A DNA stretch of 51,549 nucleotides, from the NCBI GenBank assembly GCA_040383885.1, contig JBEICQ010000002.1, forward strand, positions 1 to 51,549. Reading direction: 5' to 3'. The translations under genes and the position numbers were made by a program. Shown piece after piece: positions 24,935 through 35,037 of the stretch; position 1 is the stretch's first letter, and each line of letters opens with the position of its first letter. The stretch comes from Flavobacteriales bacterium. GTDB lineage: Bacteria; Bacteroidota; Bacteroidia; UBA4408. Under the pieces are notes generated by a model. It made no database searches. It worked only from the letters and a program-made list of their open reading frames with translations, and was not told where the DNA came from.

Positions 24935-27214
24935 TCACCTAATCTTCTCAAGCACGATATCCGCCATAGAATACACGCCATTGGCAGGACTCTTTTTTCC
25001 GGAAAACCATCCTTTGGCGGTTGACAATCCGCTGTAGGAGGCAATCCATTGAAAAGGCATCACCGGACTCTTTAGTTCAAAGCTTCCATCTGCCTTCGTA
25101 ACAGTGTGGTAGGAAACAGTATAGTCCTTGTTCCAAACCATGATGACAGCGCCTGAAACAGGCCTCTTTTTTTTATCCAAAACCTTTCCTTTCAGAATAC
25201 ATAGGGTCTTCTTTGTTTTTTCTGAATAGTTGTAATAGTTTGCCGAGGGATTACAGGGCAAAGATTCCCGGTAAGTTGAAAAACCGCGGAACGCCCCTGC
25301 AATTGGTTTGCAGGTTCCGGAAACAAGGTAACCGCTTGGGGTAAGCGTGGTGCCCTGAAGACTTAAGATTCCCATGAAATTTGCATGATATCGTTTCCAG
25401 TCAACATCCTTGTATTGCCACCAGGAGTAACCCGAGGCGCCACAATGATAAGATTGCCTGAAAGTTTCCTCAGCAAATTTTTTTTGTGTCTCGTAGCTCA
25501 CTTTGATGTTGTCTGCCGGAATGGCCGTTTCACCGATAATCCAGGGTTTATTTACATGTTTTCCGTACCAGTATATTTCATTCCGTACCTGTTCGGGTTC
25601 AAATTCATAGGGATGAAAAGACACAAAGTCTACCGGTAACAAGGAAGGGTCCCACTCAAATACTTCTCTGATTCCAACAAGTCCAATGGTAGTTAGCTGA
25701 TGGGGTGCGCTTTTTTTCACAATTCCGTTCCATCTGGCTACAGATTTTACAATTTCTTTTTTCTCATGAAAATCTCTATCAAAATACAAGGGTTCGTTAA
25801 AAAAGTCATAGGCCATCAATCCCGGGTGGCCGGAAAATCGGGAGGCGAATTTTTCCAACATGTTTTCTCTTTCTTTATCTGACAAAACTGTTTTCACCAA
25901 CAGAACAACCCTGATCTTGTGTGCATAAGCCAAATCAAGCACAAGCGCTACGGCATCTAAATAATCGCGGATTTCTTTTTCACTTACCAGGGGCCTTGTG
26001 CCTTGTTTTCTGGAAAGAAGCTTGGTATGTAAAAACAGTTTATTTGTTTTCGTATTTTTTTCTGTCTCCCCAAGTCCTGTAATTCTTAAATATTGTATTC
26101 CTTTTGAGGATAGCAGCTCAAAATCTGCCGACATGGCATTTACAGAAGAGGATTTGTTCCGTGGGAAATCTTCGCTGTCTTCAGTAAAATATTCCGATGC
26201 GCACGGCCAAACTTCTTTGCCATCATCCACAAGGCCTACAATGTAGTTTGTAAACACAGGAAACACTGGATTTCCGTTGTCATAAAAGGTTTTTCCTTTG
26301 AGCGTTATGCCGGTATTTTCCGAAGGTGTATGAAAGGGTATTTTCGGCGCAGTGAAGAAGGAGGAAGATGACAAATCTTCTTTTTTTTCTTTCAGGTCTT
26401 CTGCATTAAACACAGCAATGGAATGCGTGCTAACCCCACAGAAAACAGTCTGTTCCTTTATCTTTTGGTTGATGGGAAAAGCGAATTTCCCACCAAGAGG
26501 CGACGACTTGTTTTCTATCCAATCTTTCAGGAAGGCATAACCCGAATCCTGCACAAGAGATTCCGGAAAAACAACCAACATAAACTTATACACACCTGCT
26601 TCCGGGCGATGCGCAAGAATATTTTTGGTGTCTTTTTTTCCTGCATCTGCCATTGTCACATACAAGGCATCATGATAAAGTTGCGCATCCGGGCTTATGT
26701 TTTTTTGAAGGGCTTTTGTGCGTATAGCCCTAAACCAGGCGCTGTCATTTTTGATGATATCTCTGATTCGACAGATTTCGGATGAATCTGTTCCTGTGTT
26801 GATGCTGAAAAAATTCTTGATTATGCGATTTGAATTGCCAGCAATTTTTTCGCTTAGATGAAATACACTTTGTACACAGGGATCTTTCTGAAAAACCAAA
26901 CGCTGTCTAACATCTTCCCCTAAGAATAATGAATCCGGCCGGGCGTCTCTGGCATAAAAAAGCTGATAGTAAAATCTGGCGCTATCTTTCCCGGTATTTT
27001 GTATGTGAATCTGGTATTCGAAGAGACCTGAAGCACATTGCCCGGTGGATGGGGCATGAAATCCTCCTGCAAGAGAGTTGCCGGCATCCAATACCAGATC
27101 TGCAGAAGGCAGGTTAGCAAAAGGATGAAACTGCTGAATGCGAAAAATATTTTGTCCGAATAAAAATTGTCCGGCCAACAAAATAAAACATAGGGTTGCA
27201 CAAAAAAACTTCAT
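24935..27214 (-). CDS. Secreted clan GH-A (GH5-like) glycoside hydrolase candidate, with an unknown N-terminal region of about 330 aa and a C-terminal carboxypeptidase-regulatory-like domain
   Basis: The signal peptide is MKFFCATLCFILLAGQFLFGQ. The putative acid/base motif is DFFNEPLYF (NEP) and the putative nucleophile is PWIIGETA, spaced as in (beta/alpha)8 GH-A enzymes. The C-terminal KGKVLDKKKRPVSGAVIMVWN...TKADGSFELK is CarboxypepD_reg-like. Confidence 0.55.
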   Translation of the reverse strand: MKFFCATLCFILLAGQFLFGQNIFRIQQFHPFANLPSADLVLDAGNSLAGGFHAPSTGQCASGLFEYQIHIQNTGKDSARFYYQLFYARDARPDSLFLGEDVRQRLVFQKDPCVQSVFHLSEKIAGNSNRIIKNFFSINTGTDSSEICRIRDIIKNDSAWFRAIRTKALQKNISPDAQLYHDALYVTMADAGKKDTKNILAHRPEAGVYKFMLVVFPESLVQDSGYAFLKDWIENKSSPLGGKFAFPINQKIKEQTVFCGVSTHSIAVFNAEDLKEKKEDLSSSSFFTAPKIPFHTPSENTGITLKGKTFYDNGNPVFPVFTNYIVGLVDDGKEVWPCASEYFTEDSEDFPRNKSSSVNAMSADFELLSSKGIQYLRITGLGETEKNTKTNKLFLHTKLLSRKQGTRPLVSEKEIRDYLDAVALVLDLAYAHKIRVVLLVKTVLSDKERENMLEKFASRFSGHPGLMAYDFFNEPLYFDRDFHEKKEIVKSVARWNGIVKKSAPHQLTTIGLVGIREVFEWDPSLLPVDFVSFHPYEFEPEQVRNEIYWYGKHVNKPWIIGETAIPADNIKVSYETQKKFAEETFRQSYHCGASGYSWWQYKDVDWKRYHANFMGILSLQGTTLTPSGYLVSGTCKPIAGAFRGFSTYRESLPCNPSANYYNYSEKTKKTLCILKGKVLDKKKRPVSGAVIMVWNKDYTVSYHTVTKADGSFELKSPVMPFQWIASYSGLSTAKGWFSGKKSPANGVYSMADIVLEKIR

Positions 27215-27329
27215 TAACAGAATGTAAATTAAAGAAGAAAAATGGACTCATCCATTGGGCCATGAAAAGAAAGAAGATGAACAACACCTCATCTCTCTGT
27301 GAGCCATAATCACCGGGGCTTCATCTGAA

Positions 27330-27923
27330 TCAGGCATCTGCCAGTGTCCTGAAAACATAGTTTCTGGCACCATAGTATTTAAGCGTAGCTTCCAGGCAGG
27401 GCAGCATTCTCGCCCTGGCTTTTTGGCTGTCGTGAAATACCAAAATACTTCCTGCTTTGCTTTTAGAGACCACTCTTCTAAAACACTCCTGCCATGTGAG
27501 GGCGGGGTCATAGTCCCTGCTAAGCACATCCCAAAAAACAATGCGATGTGTTTTTTTGAGCATGAGGTATTGTTTGAGGCTGATTTTTCCATAAGGTGGT
27601 CGAAAAAGTTTGTTATCGAAAAAAACAGATGCCCTCAGCACATCATTTACATATTTTTCGGCAGGGGTGTCCCATCCTTTGTTGTGGGAATAGCTGTGAT
27701 TGCAAACAAGGTGACCTCGCGCAGCAATCTCCTTAAATAGGGCGTAATTTTTAGTGATGTTACGGCCCAGACAAAAAAAGGTACCCTGTGCCCTGTGTTT
27801 TTCAAGCAAGTGAAGGACCCCGGGTGTTACCTCAGGAACCGGTCCATCATCGAAGGTAAGATAAAGGATGTTTCTTCCATGTGCATCAAACTTAGGTAGC
27901 GAAGGCACAGGCAAGAGGTTCAT
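27330..27923 (-). CDS. Polysaccharide deacetylase family protein (CE4, NodB homology domain)
   Basis: LTFDDGP (motif 1), NHSYSH (motif 2) and RPPYG (motif 3) are all present. The ATG overlaps the fbp stop codon (ATGA). Confidence 0.85.
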   Translation of the reverse strand: MNLLPVPSLPKFDAHGRNILYLTFDDGPVPEVTPGVLHLLEKHRAQGTFFCLGRNITKNYALFKEIAARGHLVCNHSYSHNKGWDTPAEKYVNDVLRASVFFDNKLFRPPYGKISLKQYLMLKKTHRIVFWDVLSRDYDPALTWQECFRRVVSKSKAGSILVFHDSQKARARMLPCLEATLKYYGARNYVFRTLADA

Positions 27924-28951
27924 ACATCTGCTTTTTGCTGCTTTTGGGCATGCATAAAATCCATGGCCTTCTCAACCATGATTGAGGAGCCGATGAACAG
28001 TGAAACGCGCTGATGAATATCCAAAGGGTCTATTTCAAGAATTCTTTTTTCCCCATCAGTGGCAATTGCTCCTGCCTGTTCTGCAATAAATGCCAGCGGA
28101 TTGCATTCATAAAGCAGACGAAGTTTTCCCTTGGGAGACTTGGAAGTAGGAGGGTAGATGTAGATGCCGCCTTTGATCAGGTTTCGGTGAAAGTCGGCCA
28201 CCAAAGAACCTATGTATCTCAACGAATAAGGCCTGGAAGAAGCCTTGTCCTCTTCCTGACAGTATTTGATGTATTCTTTAACACCTGCGGGAAAATGCAC
28301 AAAATTACCTTGATTGATGGAATAAATCTCTCCCTGATCAGGGGCTTTCATATCCGGATGGGAGAGGCAGAACTCGCCTATAGAGGGATCAAGTGTGAAG
28401 CCGTTTACGCCATTGCCTGTTGTATAAACCAACATGGTGCTCGAACCATAGATGACATATCCGGCAGCAACCTGTTCTGTACCTTTCTGAAGGAAGTCTT
28501 CAATGGTTCCCGGCCCATTCGTTGAAGTTCTGCGGTAAATGGAAAAAATAGTACCTATGGATACATTTACATCAATATTGGAGGAACCATCCAGAGGATC
28601 TATACAAACCACATATTTGGCGTTTTTTGAAATTTCGCCATCAATAGGTATGATGTGATCATTCTCTTCTGAGGCAATGGCACAACATTCTCCTCCGGCT
28701 TTGAGAGCTGCAACAAACTGTTCATTGGCAAACACATCCAGTTTTTTCTGTTCTTCCCCCTGCACATTTGTTTCTCCTGCCGCCCCAAGTATGTCAACCA
28801 GTCCGGCCTTGTTTACCTCTCTGTTCACAATTTTGGCCGCTATGCCAATGTCTCTAAGCAAACGACTTAGCTCTCCCTTCGCATAGGGATAATCAGATTG
28901 TCTGGAAATGATGAATTGTCCTAGGGTAATCACACCCGATTGTAATGACAT
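27920..28951 (-). CDS. fbp: Class 1 fructose-1,6-bisphosphatase
   Basis: The start is taken at [42 protein letters not shown] and [21 protein letters not shown] are canonical FBPase class 1 motifs. Confidence 0.95.
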   Translation of the reverse strand: MSLQSGVITLGQFIISRQSDYPYAKGELSRLLRDIGIAAKIVNREVNKAGLVDILGAAGETNVQGEEQKKLDVFANEQFVAALKAGGECCAIASEENDHIIPIDGEISKNAKYVVCIDPLDGSSNIDVNVSIGTIFSIYRRTSTNGPGTIEDFLQKGTEQVAAGYVIYGSSTMLVYTTGNGVNGFTLDPSIGEFCLSHPDMKAPDQGEIYSINQGNFVHFPAGVKEYIKYCQEEDKASSRPYSLRYIGSLVADFHRNLIKGGIYIYPPTSKSPKGKLRLLYECNPLAFIAEQAGAIATDGEKRILEIDPLDIHQRVSLFIGSSIMVEKAMDFMHAQKQQKADV

Positions 28952-29024
28952 AGGCAAATTTTGTGGTATTGCAAATATCAATTTTTTTCGCTTAGTGACA
29001 CCTTTCCCCTAATTTTGGCCAACA

Positions 29025-29486
29025 ATGAACTGCATCATCAGAAAAGGATTGCCATCAGATATACCGCAGGTGTTCAACCTCATCATGGAGCTGGCTACCT
29101 TTGAAAAGGCCCCCGAAGAGGTGATTCATACACCCGAAAAACTTCTGGCCGATGGTTTCGGAGAGCACCCACTGTTCAGCCTATGGGTGGCCGAATCAGG
29201 AACAAATATTGTAGGAATGGCACTCTGTTACATCCGTTATTCAACCTGGAAGGGTCCTTGTCTTTATCTGGAAGACATTGTGGTAACTGCCGACCAAAGA
29301 AACCGGGGCATCGGCAAGGCTTTGTTTGATGCAGTGATGGCCTATGCCTCTGAAAAAAAATATCCACAGGTAAATTGGCAGGTTCTCGACTGGAACACCC
29401 CCGCCATTCAATTCTATGAGAAGTCCGGTGCCGCTTTCGATCCCCACTGGATTAATGTTTCATCAAGAACCCCCTTTCATCCATGA
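29025..29486 (+). CDS. GNAT family N-acetyltransferase
   Basis: The acetyl-CoA binding motif is VTADQRNRGIGKALF (Q/RxxGxG/A). The length is 153 aa. Confidence 0.85.
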   Translation: MNCIIRKGLPSDIPQVFNLIMELATFEKAPEEVIHTPEKLLADGFGEHPLFSLWVAESGTNIVGMALCYIRYSTWKGPCLYLEDIVVTADQRNRGIGKALFDAVMAYASEKKYPQVNWQVLDWNTPAIQFYEKSGAAFDPHWINVSSRTPFHP

Positions 29487-30448
29487 TTGTAGTTACCGGA
29501 GCGGCAGGTTTTATCGGAAGTTGTTTGGTGTCTTTCCTAAATCGCGAAGGATTTAATGACCTTGTCCTGGTGGATGATTTTTCTGTTGCATCCAAAAGAC
29601 ATAACCTGGAGGGAAAAACCTTTACCGAAAAAGTAGAGCGTACATCTTTTTTTAATTGGTTTGAAAAAAACCACCATCGCATACAATTTGTCTATCACCT
29701 CGGAGCCCGCACAGATACCACCGAAAAAAATCCTGATATTTTTGAAAAACTAAACCTGTCTTATTCAAAACAGGTATGGGAATATTGCTGCCGCTACGGG
29801 ATTGCGCTGGTGTATGCATCCTCTGCTGCAATTTATGGCTCGGGGGACAAAGGATACAGCGATGATCACAGCCTCATGAACCAATATGCTGCTCTCAATC
29901 CTTACGGAGCATCCAAATATGATTTTGATGCCTGGGCACTGGCCCAAACAAAACAACCTTATCATTGGGCAGGACTGCGTTTTTTTAATGTTTACGGACC
30001 CAATGAATATCACAAAGGCAGAATGGCCTCAGTGGTTTTCCACGCCTACAAGCAATTGCAGGAGAAAGGAAAAATTACGCTGTTCCGCTCTCACAGGACA
30101 GGCATTGCAGATGGGGAGCAAAAGAGAGATTTTGTGTATGTGATGGATGTTTGTAAAGTGATGTATTTTCTCCTTCATCATCGCAACAGCAGAGAGATAT
30201 ATAACCTGGGCACCGGAAAAGCCGAATCTTTTTACGATTTGGCAAAATGGGTTTGCGAAGCCGCCGGAATGAGCCCTAACATTTCATTTATTGATACCCC
30301 GGAGGATATTCGTGATACTTATCAATATTATACATGTGCCGATATTGGGAAGCTCCGATCATCCGGCTACAAAGAGCCCTTTATGGGACTTCATGAGGGT
30401 ATTGATCACTATGTGAAGAGCTATCTTACAAACCAATCTTATTCCTGA
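29483..30448 (+). CDS. hldD: ADP-L-glycero-D-manno-heptose 6-epimerase-like SDR
   Basis: The N-terminus is MIVVTGAAGFIGS, followed by ASSAAIYG and YGASKYDFD (YxxxK). RFFNVYGPNEYHKGRMASVVFH is very HldD/RfaD-like. The start overlaps the GNAT stop by 4 nt. Confidence 0.8.
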   Translation: MIVVTGAAGFIGSCLVSFLNREGFNDLVLVDDFSVASKRHNLEGKTFTEKVERTSFFNWFEKNHHRIQFVYHLGARTDTTEKNPDIFEKLNLSYSKQVWEYCCRYGIALVYASSAAIYGSGDKGYSDDHSLMNQYAALNPYGASKYDFDAWALAQTKQPYHWAGLRFFNVYGPNEYHKGRMASVVFHAYKQLQEKGKITLFRSHRTGIADGEQKRDFVYVMDVCKVMYFLLHHRNSREIYNLGTGKAESFYDLAKWVCEAAGMSPNISFIDTPEDIRDTYQYYTCADIGKLRSSGYKEPFMGLHEGIDHYVKSYLTNQSYS

Positions 30449-30915
30449 TGCTGAAAAAATACTTTTCACAATCTCCGGTTGCCACGGCTATAGACCTTTA
30501 TCACAACAAGGTAATCCGGTATTTTTTCGCTGCCGGCACAGCTACAGTCGTTGATGTGTTGATGTATTTTGTGACCCTTCATTTTGTTTTGCACAAACAA
30601 GATTTGTCTATTGCACCCGGACTGGTGGTAGGTGGTACAAGCCTTGCATTGGTCGTTTCTTATACCTGCGGACTTGTTACCAATTTTGTTATCACCAAGT
30701 ATTTTGTTTTCACAGAATCAGAATTGAGGGGTCGCACACAGTTTACAAGATTTGTTTTGGTTGCAATTTTGGTGCTGTTTGCAAATTACCTGATGATGAG
30801 TTTCCTGATCAAGGTATTGCACATTTTCCCTACGCCGGCAAGAGCCATATCTGCGCTGAGCATCGGCGTGTTCAGCTTTACAGCACACAAATTTTTCTCT
30901 TTTAAAATAGGTTAG
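30448..30915 (+). CDS. GtrA family membrane protein
   Basis: It is 155 aa with four hydrophobic helices and has a GtrA-like N-terminal pattern (RYFFAAGTATVVDVLMYFV) and a C-terminal FxxHKFFSF. The start overlaps the hldD stop (TGATG). Confidence 0.75.
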   Translation: MLKKYFSQSPVATAIDLYHNKVIRYFFAAGTATVVDVLMYFVTLHFVLHKQDLSIAPGLVVGGTSLALVVSYTCGLVTNFVITKYFVFTESELRGRTQFTRFVLVAILVLFANYLMMSFLIKVLHIFPTPARAISALSIGVFSFTAHKFFSFKIG

Positions 30916-30919
30916 AGCC

Positions 30920-32761
30920 CTATTCTACCGTAACACTTTTTGCCAGATTGCGTGGCTGGTCAACATTGCAACCGCGCATAACGGCAATGTGGTAGCTGAG
31001 CAGCTGCAGAGGTACCACAGAAACAAGCGGTACAAGACATTCTTCCACATCCGGAATTTCAATCACATGATCGGCGAGGCTTTTCACAAGCGAATCACCT
31101 TCGGTAACTACAGCAATAATGATTCCTTTACGGGATTTAACTTCCTGGATATTACTGACAACTTTTTCGTAATTCACACCTCTGGTGGCAATCACAACCA
31201 CCGGCATTTCTTCGTCAATAAGGGCAATTGGTCCATGCTTCATTTCAGCAGCAGGGTATCCTTCCGCATGGATGTATGAAATTTCTTTCAGCTTAAGAGC
31301 ACCTTCCAGGGCCACAGGGAAACTGTAACCTCTTCCCAGATAGAGAAAGTTGCGGGCGTCTTTGAACAATGAAGAAAGATATTTGATATGGTCGTTTTGC
31401 GCCAGCACTTCTTCGATTTTGGAAGGAATGTTTTCCATTTCGCTGAGCACCTGATGAAACCTTGACTCAGGAACTGTTCCCCGTTTTTTGGCAATATGAA
31501 GTGCCATTAAGGTAAGTACGGTTACCTGTGCGGTAAAAGCTTTGGTAGAAGCGACCCCAATTTCGGGTCCGGCATGCGTATAAGATCCGGCATGAGTAGC
31601 TCTTGCTATGGAGGATCCGGCTACATTACAAACGCCGAATACGGTGGCGCCTCTTGCTTTAGCCAATTCAACGGCAGCCAGTGTATCTGCGGTTTCTCCC
31701 GACTGTGAGATGGCAATTACAATATCATTATCATTAATCACCGGGTTTCGGTACCTGAACTCAGATGCATATTCAACTTCAACCGGGATGCGCGCAAAAT
31801 CTTCAATAAGGTACTCTGCAACCAGTCCGGCATGCCAGCTTGTACCGCAGGCAACAATGATAAAGCGCTCTGCATTGGCAAATTTTTCTGCATATTCCGA
31901 GATACCACCCATTTTCACATAATTCTCGTCGGCATTCATCCGCCCCCTCATGGAATCATGAATAGACCGGGGTTGTTCAAAAATCTCCTTCAGCATGAAA
32001 TGCGGAAAGCCTCCTTTCTCAATCGCTTCCAGGCTAAGCTCAAGTTCATGTATGTAGGGAGTTTTGGAATGATTGGCGGTGGTAATGATTTTAAGTTCCT
32101 TGCCTCTTTCAATAATGGCAATTTCTTCCTCCTCCAGAAAAACAACATTTTTGGTGTACTCAATAATAGGTGTAGCATCCGAGGCGCAGAAAAATTCATT
32201 TTTCCCAATACCAATTACCAGTGGACTTCCTTTTTTGGCCGCCACCAGCATGTCGGGCGCATCTGAAGACATCACAACGATGGCGTAGGCGCCAACCACT
32301 TCATTCAGTGCAAGCCTTACCGCATCGGGGAGCGAGAGATTTTCTTTTGTTTTAATATCTTCAATCAAATGCACCAGTACTTCGGTATCGGTATCACTCA
32401 CAAAAACATGGCCTCTTTTTTCAAGGGCGGTTTTAATAGCCGCATAGTTTTCGATGATGCCGTTGTGAATGATGGCGATATTATTCGACTGCCCAAAATG
32501 GGGGTGGGCATTTACATCATTTGGAACGCCATGTGTTGCCCATCGGGTATGGCCCATTCCGCAGGAGCCTTTCAGGTCTTTGGCAGAAGCGAATGCTTCC
32601 AAATCGGCAACTTTTCCTTTGCACTTATACACCCTGATTCCTTCTTTGCCTCCAAGGGCAACCCCTGCACTGTCGTATCCCCGGTACTCGAGCCTGTGAA
32701 GCCCTTTAATGATGATCGGATAAGCTTGTCTTTCACCGATGTATGCTACAATTCCACACAT
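30920..32761 (-). CDS. glmS: Glutamine--fructose-6-phosphate aminotransferase (isomerising)
   Basis: The N-terminal nucleophile context is MCGIVAYIG, with RLEYRGYDSAG following. Two SIS domains are present, and the C-terminus is NLAKSVTVE. Confidence 0.97.
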   Translation of the reverse strand: MCGIVAYIGERQAYPIIIKGLHRLEYRGYDSAGVALGGKEGIRVYKCKGKVADLEAFASAKDLKGSCGMGHTRWATHGVPNDVNAHPHFGQSNNIAIIHNGIIENYAAIKTALEKRGHVFVSDTDTEVLVHLIEDIKTKENLSLPDAVRLALNEVVGAYAIVVMSSDAPDMLVAAKKGSPLVIGIGKNEFFCASDATPIIEYTKNVVFLEEEEIAIIERGKELKIITTANHSKTPYIHELELSLEAIEKGGFPHFMLKEIFEQPRSIHDSMRGRMNADENYVKMGGISEYAEKFANAERFIIVACGTSWHAGLVAEYLIEDFARIPVEVEYASEFRYRNPVINDNDIVIAISQSGETADTLAAVELAKARGATVFGVCNVAGSSIARATHAGSYTHAGPEIGVASTKAFTAQVTVLTLMALHIAKKRGTVPESRFHQVLSEMENIPSKIEEVLAQNDHIKYLSSLFKDARNFLYLGRGYSFPVALEGALKLKEISYIHAEGYPAAEMKHGPIALIDEEMPVVVIATRGVNYEKVVSNIQEVKSRKGIIIAVVTEGDSLVKSLADHVIEIPDVEECLVPLVSVVPLQLLSYHIAVMRGCNVDQPRNLAKSVTVE

Positions 32762-32762
32762 G

Positions 32763-34115
32763 TTATCGAATTCTTTTGTATGTGATTTTTAAAATGATGT
32801 TATCTCCTCCCAGCAGTACTGTCCTGTCCGGTGATTGGTGACCAAGGTAACATGACAAAGATAAGCCTTTATCGGAAAGTCCTCCGATGAGTCGCTCTTG
32901 TACATATCTGGTGATATTAAACCGATAGGTAAAGTCTGATGCCAGAAAACCTCCGGTGTTAAATGAGCCCGACTGGGCATCATCGGGCACGGGCACTGTA
33001 CGGTTGTCGCTGCCGGTATATTGAAGGGAGAGCCTTGGCGCCCAACCAAAATAATCGATGCGATTTTTGTCAACCGGTATAATCAGTTCGGCTTTATGGA
33101 TGAATGCGGGCATGCTGTCGCTTAGCAGATTCAGTTGCTTAAGATAGAGTTTTCCACGCAAGGCATTTAAACCCATGATACCAAATCGGATGTTTCCCAC
33201 GGAAGTATCCGAAAATTGGGATTCTACCTCGGTGGAAGCTTTGCGGATGTATCTGGTGTAGTTTGCCTTTGCATGGTCGCTCCCCGTATTAAACACCAGT
33301 CGCACAGAACCAATTCGTTTGTGTTTTCCAAAAACGATTAATCGGGAGGCAGTACTAAACAAATTAATTTTTGCAATACCCCCTTTGTTTGGCGCCATGG
33401 TTGATCCTTCACACACAAATAAAAGCCCTTTAAACCAGTCCTGGAAAAGCTCATTGGATTGAAGGTTGGATCCCGTACCCATGATTTTTTTCCCCAGCGT
33501 ATTGTTTAGCCTGAGCTTGAGCATCGGTACGGTATCAAACACTCCATTCACATTATCAGTAGTGTTGGGAGTAATAAAAAGATCGGCAAGTGGATTACCC
33601 AGCGCAAAGTTGTCAGGAACAAAATTGCTATAGTAGACAGAAGATTTACTTAGTTTGGTATTTAACTCAAACACCCTGACACGGATATTTTTTTCGTTTG
33701 AGTTACCATAATATCCAATGTAGGGCAGTTGAACCACCACCGAATCAATACCAAGAAGGGAATCAGAGGTGAGTGCATTTACCGGAATATCATTTGGAAA
33801 GGGAAGGGCATACTGAACCATAAAACCGGACTCGAGTATCCCGCAGAAGGGATCATGGTAGGCCCCTAAAAAATTGGTGCTCATGGTATCTTCATCACTC
33901 CTGAAAAAAGAACCTTCACGAGAGAATGAAAATGCCCCTGTGAGATTCAGTGTCCTGATGCCATTAACGCCATCGGGTAACAAATCAGTTCCAAGAGCTT
34001 CTTTTTTTTTGCAGCCCTGGGAGAGGAGTATTGCCAACAAAAAAAAATTTGCGGACCAACAGATGGAGCTCCGCAAACTTTTAAAGAGGAAGAACATAAT
34101 TGTATTATTCAACAA
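32763..34115 (-). CDS. DUF4270-like lipoprotein (conserved Bacteroidota protein between glycogen synthase and glmS)
   Basis: The lipobox is LLAILLSQGC. The position between the short glycogen synthase and glmS is a synteny I recall as typical for DUF4270. The stop lies 1 nt from the glmS start. Confidence 0.65.
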   Translation of the reverse strand: MLNNTIMFFLFKSLRSSICWSANFFLLAILLSQGCKKKEALGTDLLPDGVNGIRTLNLTGAFSFSREGSFFRSDEDTMSTNFLGAYHDPFCGILESGFMVQYALPFPNDIPVNALTSDSLLGIDSVVVQLPYIGYYGNSNEKNIRVRVFELNTKLSKSSVYYSNFVPDNFALGNPLADLFITPNTTDNVNGVFDTVPMLKLRLNNTLGKKIMGTGSNLQSNELFQDWFKGLLFVCEGSTMAPNKGGIAKINLFSTASRLIVFGKHKRIGSVRLVFNTGSDHAKANYTRYIRKASTEVESQFSDTSVGNIRFGIMGLNALRGKLYLKQLNLLSDSMPAFIHKAELIIPVDKNRIDYFGWAPRLSLQYTGSDNRTVPVPDDAQSGSFNTGGFLASDFTYRFNITRYVQERLIGGLSDKGLSLSCYLGHQSPDRTVLLGGDNIILKITYKRIR

Positions 34116-34932
34116 GCGCTGTGGATTCTTCCATCACAAGGTCGTAGAAATTATTGTACGCTTCGATGTAATTTTCAGGATCCTGAAATCCAAGTACAGG
34201 CTTGTTTAAATTTTTCATGTATTTCTGCAACTCTGCAGGAAGATTCGCACTTCCCTGGATCACGCCATCGGAGTAATCCATGGCAAAACGGGAGAGATTG
34301 ATGTGAGAAGGTGTTTTTAATTTTTCAATGTCCTTGTCATGAATGCCGGTCATTTGCAGTTTTTGTCCGTATTTTTTGTTCAGCTCATTGCCAAAGGCAT
34401 CATCAAACAGGGTATAAACCACTTTGGTATCTGCAAAAATCGGGTCTTCACGGAATACTTTTTTAACCAAAACAGGCAGAGCTGCAGTCATCCAACCGTT
34501 ACAGTGGATAATATCCGGCGCCCATCCCAGTTTTCTCACGGTTTCTATGACGCCGCGGCAAAAGAAAATACTTCTTTCATCATTGTCTTCAAAGAAATTG
34601 CCATCGACATCCTTGATCAGCGCTTTGCGCTGGAAATATTCTTCGTTATCGATGAAATAAACCTGCATGCGGCATGACTGAATGGAGGCAACTTTGATAA
34701 TCAGCGGATGATCAGTATCGTCAATGATGATGTTCATTCCGGACAGGCGAATTACCTCGTGGAGCTGGTTGCGCCTTTCGTTGATCAGACCATAGCGGGG
34801 CATAAAGGTTCTGATTTCTTTGCCCTTTTCCTGAATTCCCTGAGGAAGATAACGGCCAATGGTGGAATGATGGTTTGCTTCTACATAAGGAGTAATCTCC
34901 TGAGAAACAAACAAAACTTTGGCTTTTTTCAT
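34105..34932 (-). CDS. glgA: Short-form glycogen/starch synthase (Glyco_transf_5 N-terminal domain only, Bacteroidota type)
   Basis: The start is taken at MKKAKVLFVSQEITPY. KVLFVSQEITPYVE...PRYG...DIIHCNGWMTAL is the GT5 N-domain pattern. The length, about 275 aa, is typical of the truncated Bacteroidota form. Confidence 0.75.
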   Translation of the reverse strand: MKKAKVLFVSQEITPYVEANHHSTIGRYLPQGIQEKGKEIRTFMPRYGLINERRNQLHEVIRLSGMNIIIDDTDHPLIIKVASIQSCRMQVYFIDNEEYFQRKALIKDVDGNFFEDNDERSIFFCRGVIETVRKLGWAPDIIHCNGWMTAALPVLVKKVFREDPIFADTKVVYTLFDDAFGNELNKKYGQKLQMTGIHDKDIEKLKTPSHINLSRFAMDYSDGVIQGSANLPAELQKYMKNLNKPVLGFQDPENYIEAYNNFYDLVMEESTALVE

Positions 34933-34964
34933 GAAATAAAAAACAGTGGATTTGAAACTGGACA

Positions 34965-34972
34965 CAAAATTA
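34965..34972 (-). promoter_or_regulatory. Bacteroidota -7 promoter box candidate (TAATTTTG) upstream of glgA
   Basis: This is an exact TAnnTTTG match on the minus strand, about 32 nt upstream of the ATG at 34932. It lies in the divergent glgA/panC spacer. Confidence 0.3.
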
Positions 34973-35037
34973 AGCAAAAATTCCTTTCACTTTAAAATAA
35001 TATTTGTTCCCTACCTTTACAAACCTGCATTGGGGCC

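Noticed and set aside
28013-28525. Long ORFs antisense to, or out of frame with, well-supported genes. The antisense ones are 28013-28525 in fbp, 31832-32266 and 32369-32785 in glmS, 35350-35775 in panC, 36042-36461 in the UPF0104 gene, 39267-39683 in mutL and 6806-7189 in mnmA. A further ORF at 49341-49778 lies on the same strand as the S51 gene but out of frame.
   Set aside because: All lie fully inside genes whose products carry unmistakable family motifs. Their translations are low-complexity or Cys/Arg/Pro-rich with no recognisable motifs. This is the usual shadow-ORF behaviour, and I see no evidence for overlapping genes.
32761-32765. A glmS ribozyme upstream of glmS.
   Set aside because: The glmS ATG (32761) lies 1 nt from the stop codon of the upstream DUF4270 gene, so there is no room for a ribozyme of about 170 nt. 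The element is also characteristic of Gram-positive lineages.
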